A stretch of 62,472 bases of DNA, the filler included, from Acidimicrobiia bacterium (lineage in GTDB: Bacteria; Actinomycetota; Acidimicrobiia; Spongiisociales; SHLN01): assembly GCA_041619515.1 (NCBI GenBank). It is 9 parts of 9 records of this genome, joined end to end, with 100 filler letters (N's around TTAATTAATTAA, not from the genome) between each part and the next. Parts side by side here need not be neighbours in the genome. Positions count along the whole stretch, not along the records: positions 56,183 to 62,472 come from JBFKDW010000116.1; 8 more parts are not named here. One strand, given 5' to 3'. Of the stretch, positions 60,534 through 62,472 are shown one piece after another. How positions within the stretch are numbered: the stretch's first letter is position 1; each line of letters opens with the position of its first letter. The position numbers and the translations under genes are program-made. A model generated the notes under the pieces. The model worked only from the letters and a program-made list of their open reading frames with translations. It was not told the origin of the DNA and made no database searches.

Positions 60534-60547
60534 CCGGCGTCTGTGCC

Positions 60548-61429
60548 TCAGAAGGCGTCGAACGGGTCACCCCTGGGCTCGTCACGCAGAAGGGCACGGG
60601 CGGCTTCTTCGCTCATCGAGTACGACTCGTCCTCAGACGGAAACGCCCCCTTCTCCACGTCGGCGAAGTAGGCCGAGACCGCCTCGATCGCCAGGTCCTG
60701 GAGGCGGGCGTATTGGCGTACGAACTTGGGGAGATGACCGTCGTGGAGGCCGAGGACGTCGTGAAAGACCAGCACCTGGCCGTCGGTGTGTGGCCCGGCC
60801 CCGATCCCGATGGTCGGCACCGACACCTCCTTGGTGATGATCTCGGCAACCAGTGTCGGAACCCCCTCCAGCACCATGGCGAACACCCCGGCGTCGTCAA
60901 GGGCCATGGCGTCGCGGATGAGGTCGCGGGCCGCGTCGGTGGCTTTGCCCTGGACCCTGTAGCCGCCCATGGCGTGGACCGACTGCGGGGTGAGCCCCAG
61001 ATGACCCATCACCGGGATCTCGGCAGCCAGCATCCCTTCGACCACGTCGATCCGCTTGCGGCCCCCTTCCACTTTGACCGCCTCGGCGCCTCCCTCCCGC
61101 ACCATGCGGCCGGCGTTGGCGACCGCGTCGGCGGTGGACGTGTGGTAGCTGAGCCACGGCATGTCGCCGAGCACCAGCGCCGCAGGGTTGGCCCTGGCCA
61201 CCGCCGCGGTGTGGTGAATCATCACGTCGAGGTCGACCGCCAGGGTGTCGTCATAGCCGAGGACCACATTGGCGAGTGAATCGCCCACCAGGATGATGTC
61301 GGCACCGGCTCGATCGGCGATGACGGCCGACGGATGATCGTAGGCGGTGACCATCTTGATCCGGGGCCCCCCCTTGCGGGCGAGGATGGCCGGTGCGGTC
61401 ACTTTCTTGCGGGGTGGTGCGCTTTCCAC
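60548..61429 (-). CDS. panB: 3-methyl-2-oxobutanoate hydroxymethyltransferase
   Basis: MVTAYD, ILVGDSL, AVKVEGG, MGHLGLTPQS, IGIGAG, DGQVLV; GTG start after GGAG. Confidence 0.96.
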   Translation of the reverse strand: MESAPPRKKVTAPAILARKGGPRIKMVTAYDHPSAVIADRAGADIILVGDSLANVVLGYDDTLAVDLDVMIHHTAAVARANPAALVLGDMPWLSYHTSTADAVANAGRMVREGGAEAVKVEGGRKRIDVVEGMLAAEIPVMGHLGLTPQSVHAMGGYRVQGKATDAARDLIRDAMALDDAGVFAMVLEGVPTLVAEIITKEVSVPTIGIGAGPHTDGQVLVFHDVLGLHDGHLPKFVRQYARLQDLAIEAVSAYFADVEKGAFPSEDESYSMSEEAARALLRDEPRGDPFDAF

Positions 61430-61485
61430 GGTGCTCCGATCTCCCCACCGGGCTGGTTGGGGGATGTGGCTGTAATTGGCTGGAC

Positions 61486-61630
61486 TCGTCACTGTGCCTC
61501 GGGCGCCGCCTGCGGTCGCCCGTGCGTCAGGTGCTCAGATTACTTCGGTCGCCCAACCTATGGGCATGGAGGGTGGTCTTCCCTGATCGTTGCTCGCCGC
61601 GTGCGGCTGCGACCACTCAGCGTGACGATT
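61486..61630 (-). ncRNA. Candidate structured RNA in the panB 5' leader (no family assigned)
   Basis: Begins ~6 nt after a TACCCT -10 box; closed by UCGUCAC/GUGACGA and contains several nested helices (see findings). Confidence 0.45.
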
Positions 61631-61669
61631 CGACTAGGGTAGCGGAACGCGATTGAAGGGATGAGAGAC

Positions 61670-62472
61670 ATGCGGAGATGGCTGGTTGTGCTGTTGGTGG
61701 GAGCGCTCATCGCAGCGATGGCGCCGGCGGCGCTGGCGGGGAGTCACGATGACGGCGGCACGTACCTGGCACTCGGCGACTCGGTTGCGGCCGGGACCCA
61801 GCAGCCGGCCCCGTTCACCGACAACGGGTACACGAATGAGCTGTTCGACCACCTCGAGCGGAAATACGGCTTCGACACTTTCGTGAACCTCGCCTGCCCC
61901 GGCGACGACACCGTCGAGATGAGGTTCGGCACCGGTGGAGGGTCACCCTTTGGCTCGTTGTGCTACGGGCCGTTCGCCCAGCTGCCCCCGGGCGGCCCCT
62001 CCCAGCTCGACGTGGCGGTTGATTACCTGATTGCCAACCCCGGCGAAGTGGAGCTCATCACCATCGCCATCGGCGCCAACGACGTGCTGGCATGCGATCC
62101 CAGCGACCCGCCGCCGGACCTGCCCGCCTGCGTGGCCGCCCAGCTCGGACAGATCGGCGCCAACCTGCCGGTCATCATCGGGACGCTCCAGGCGGTGGCG
62201 CCCGGCGTACCGATCGTGGCCATGAACTACTACAACCCCAACCTGGCGTTCTGGATCACCGGCCCGGCAGGGCAGGCGCTGGCGACACAGTCGCTCGCCC
62301 TCACCACCGTGTTCAACGACACGCTGCAGGCGGTGTACGACGCCTTCGGCGTGCCGGTGGCCGATGTGGCGAGCGCATTCAACACGTTCCAGACCACCGG
62401 GGGCGACCCGCCCAAGAACGTCAAAGAGGTGTGCAAGCTCACGCTGATGTGCGAGAAGTCGGGCAGGACCTA
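61670..62472 (+). CDS. Secreted SGNH/GDSL hydrolase, runs off the window end
   Basis: Not in the ORF track. MRRWLVVLLVGALIAAMAPAALA signal; YLALGDSVAAG (block I), NLACPG (block II), ITIAIGANDV (block III), MNYYNP. Confidence 0.88.
   Translation, partial: MRRWLVVLLVGALIAAMAPAALAGSHDDGGTYLALGDSVAAGTQQPAPFTDNGYTNELFDHLERKYGFDTFVNLACPGDDTVEMRFGTGGGSPFGSLCYGPFAQLPPGGPSQLDVAVDYLIANPGEVELITIAIGANDVLACDPSDPPPDLPACVAAQLGQIGANLPVIIGTLQAVAPGVPIVAMNYYNPNLAFWITGPAGQALATQSLALTTVFNDTLQAVYDAFGVPVADVASAFNTFQTTGGDPPKNVKEVCKLTLMCEKSGRT

Noticed and set aside
61440..61630. Partial resemblance of the panB leader to cobalamin, glycine, TPP and glmS motifs (AGGGAAG, ACCGAAG, CACCUG, GCGCCCG..UGACGAG)
   Set aside because: Only short fragments match, and the required order and core helices of each family are missing.

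Overview
The window is not one continuous locus. It holds nine unrelated contigs of about 6.3-7.5 kb, in decreasing size order, joined by eight artificial 100-bp N/TTAATTAATTAA/N spacers, as expected for a binned or draft assembly. The DNA is GC-rich. Gene content and style (carD-ispD-ispF-cysS-rlmB, Thr-rich lipoprotein linkers, many leaderless genes) suggest an actinobacterium, possibly Acidimicrobiia (inference). Contig contents: (1) a surface-polysaccharide cluster with WbpB/D/E-like enzymes, GT4 glycosyltransferases and an O-antigen ligase/polymerase-like protein; (2) YczE-like gene, ArsR-SRPBCC fusion, rlmB, cysS, GDPD, ispF, ispD, PIN/TRAM, carD; (3) phytoene-desaturase-like oxidoreductase, Liv-type ABC transporter, CoxM-like subunit; (4) arsC, Na/Pi cotransporter, PhoU, arfB and a VWA + MoxR-type AAA+ pair; (5) double GNAT, DUF1801, secreted beta-solenoid-like protein, ppc; (6) ltrA, MarR, a four-gene exported-protein operon and a patatin; (7) giant malectin/Ig/PKD surface protein, nitroreductase, histidine kinase; (8) acyl-CoA ligase, HEAT + HD-GYP pair, BON-OmpA; (9) HAD, lipoprotein, dnaB-rplI-rpsR-ssb-rpsF, DUF192, panB, SGNH hydrolase. 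I saw no rRNA, tRNA, CRISPR array or transposase. Best leads: an AAA+ ATPase with reciprocally swapped Walker A/B residues (GKD / SE) paired with a HExxH-VWA protein; a HEAT/HD-GYP pair sharing an unnamed N-terminal domain; a highly structured ~145-nt leader upstream of panB; a CarD with an N-terminal histone-H1-like (AAKKP)n tail; and a secreted Cys/Trp-rich protein with a lipoprotein partner. All family calls come from motif recognition by eye, not database searches.
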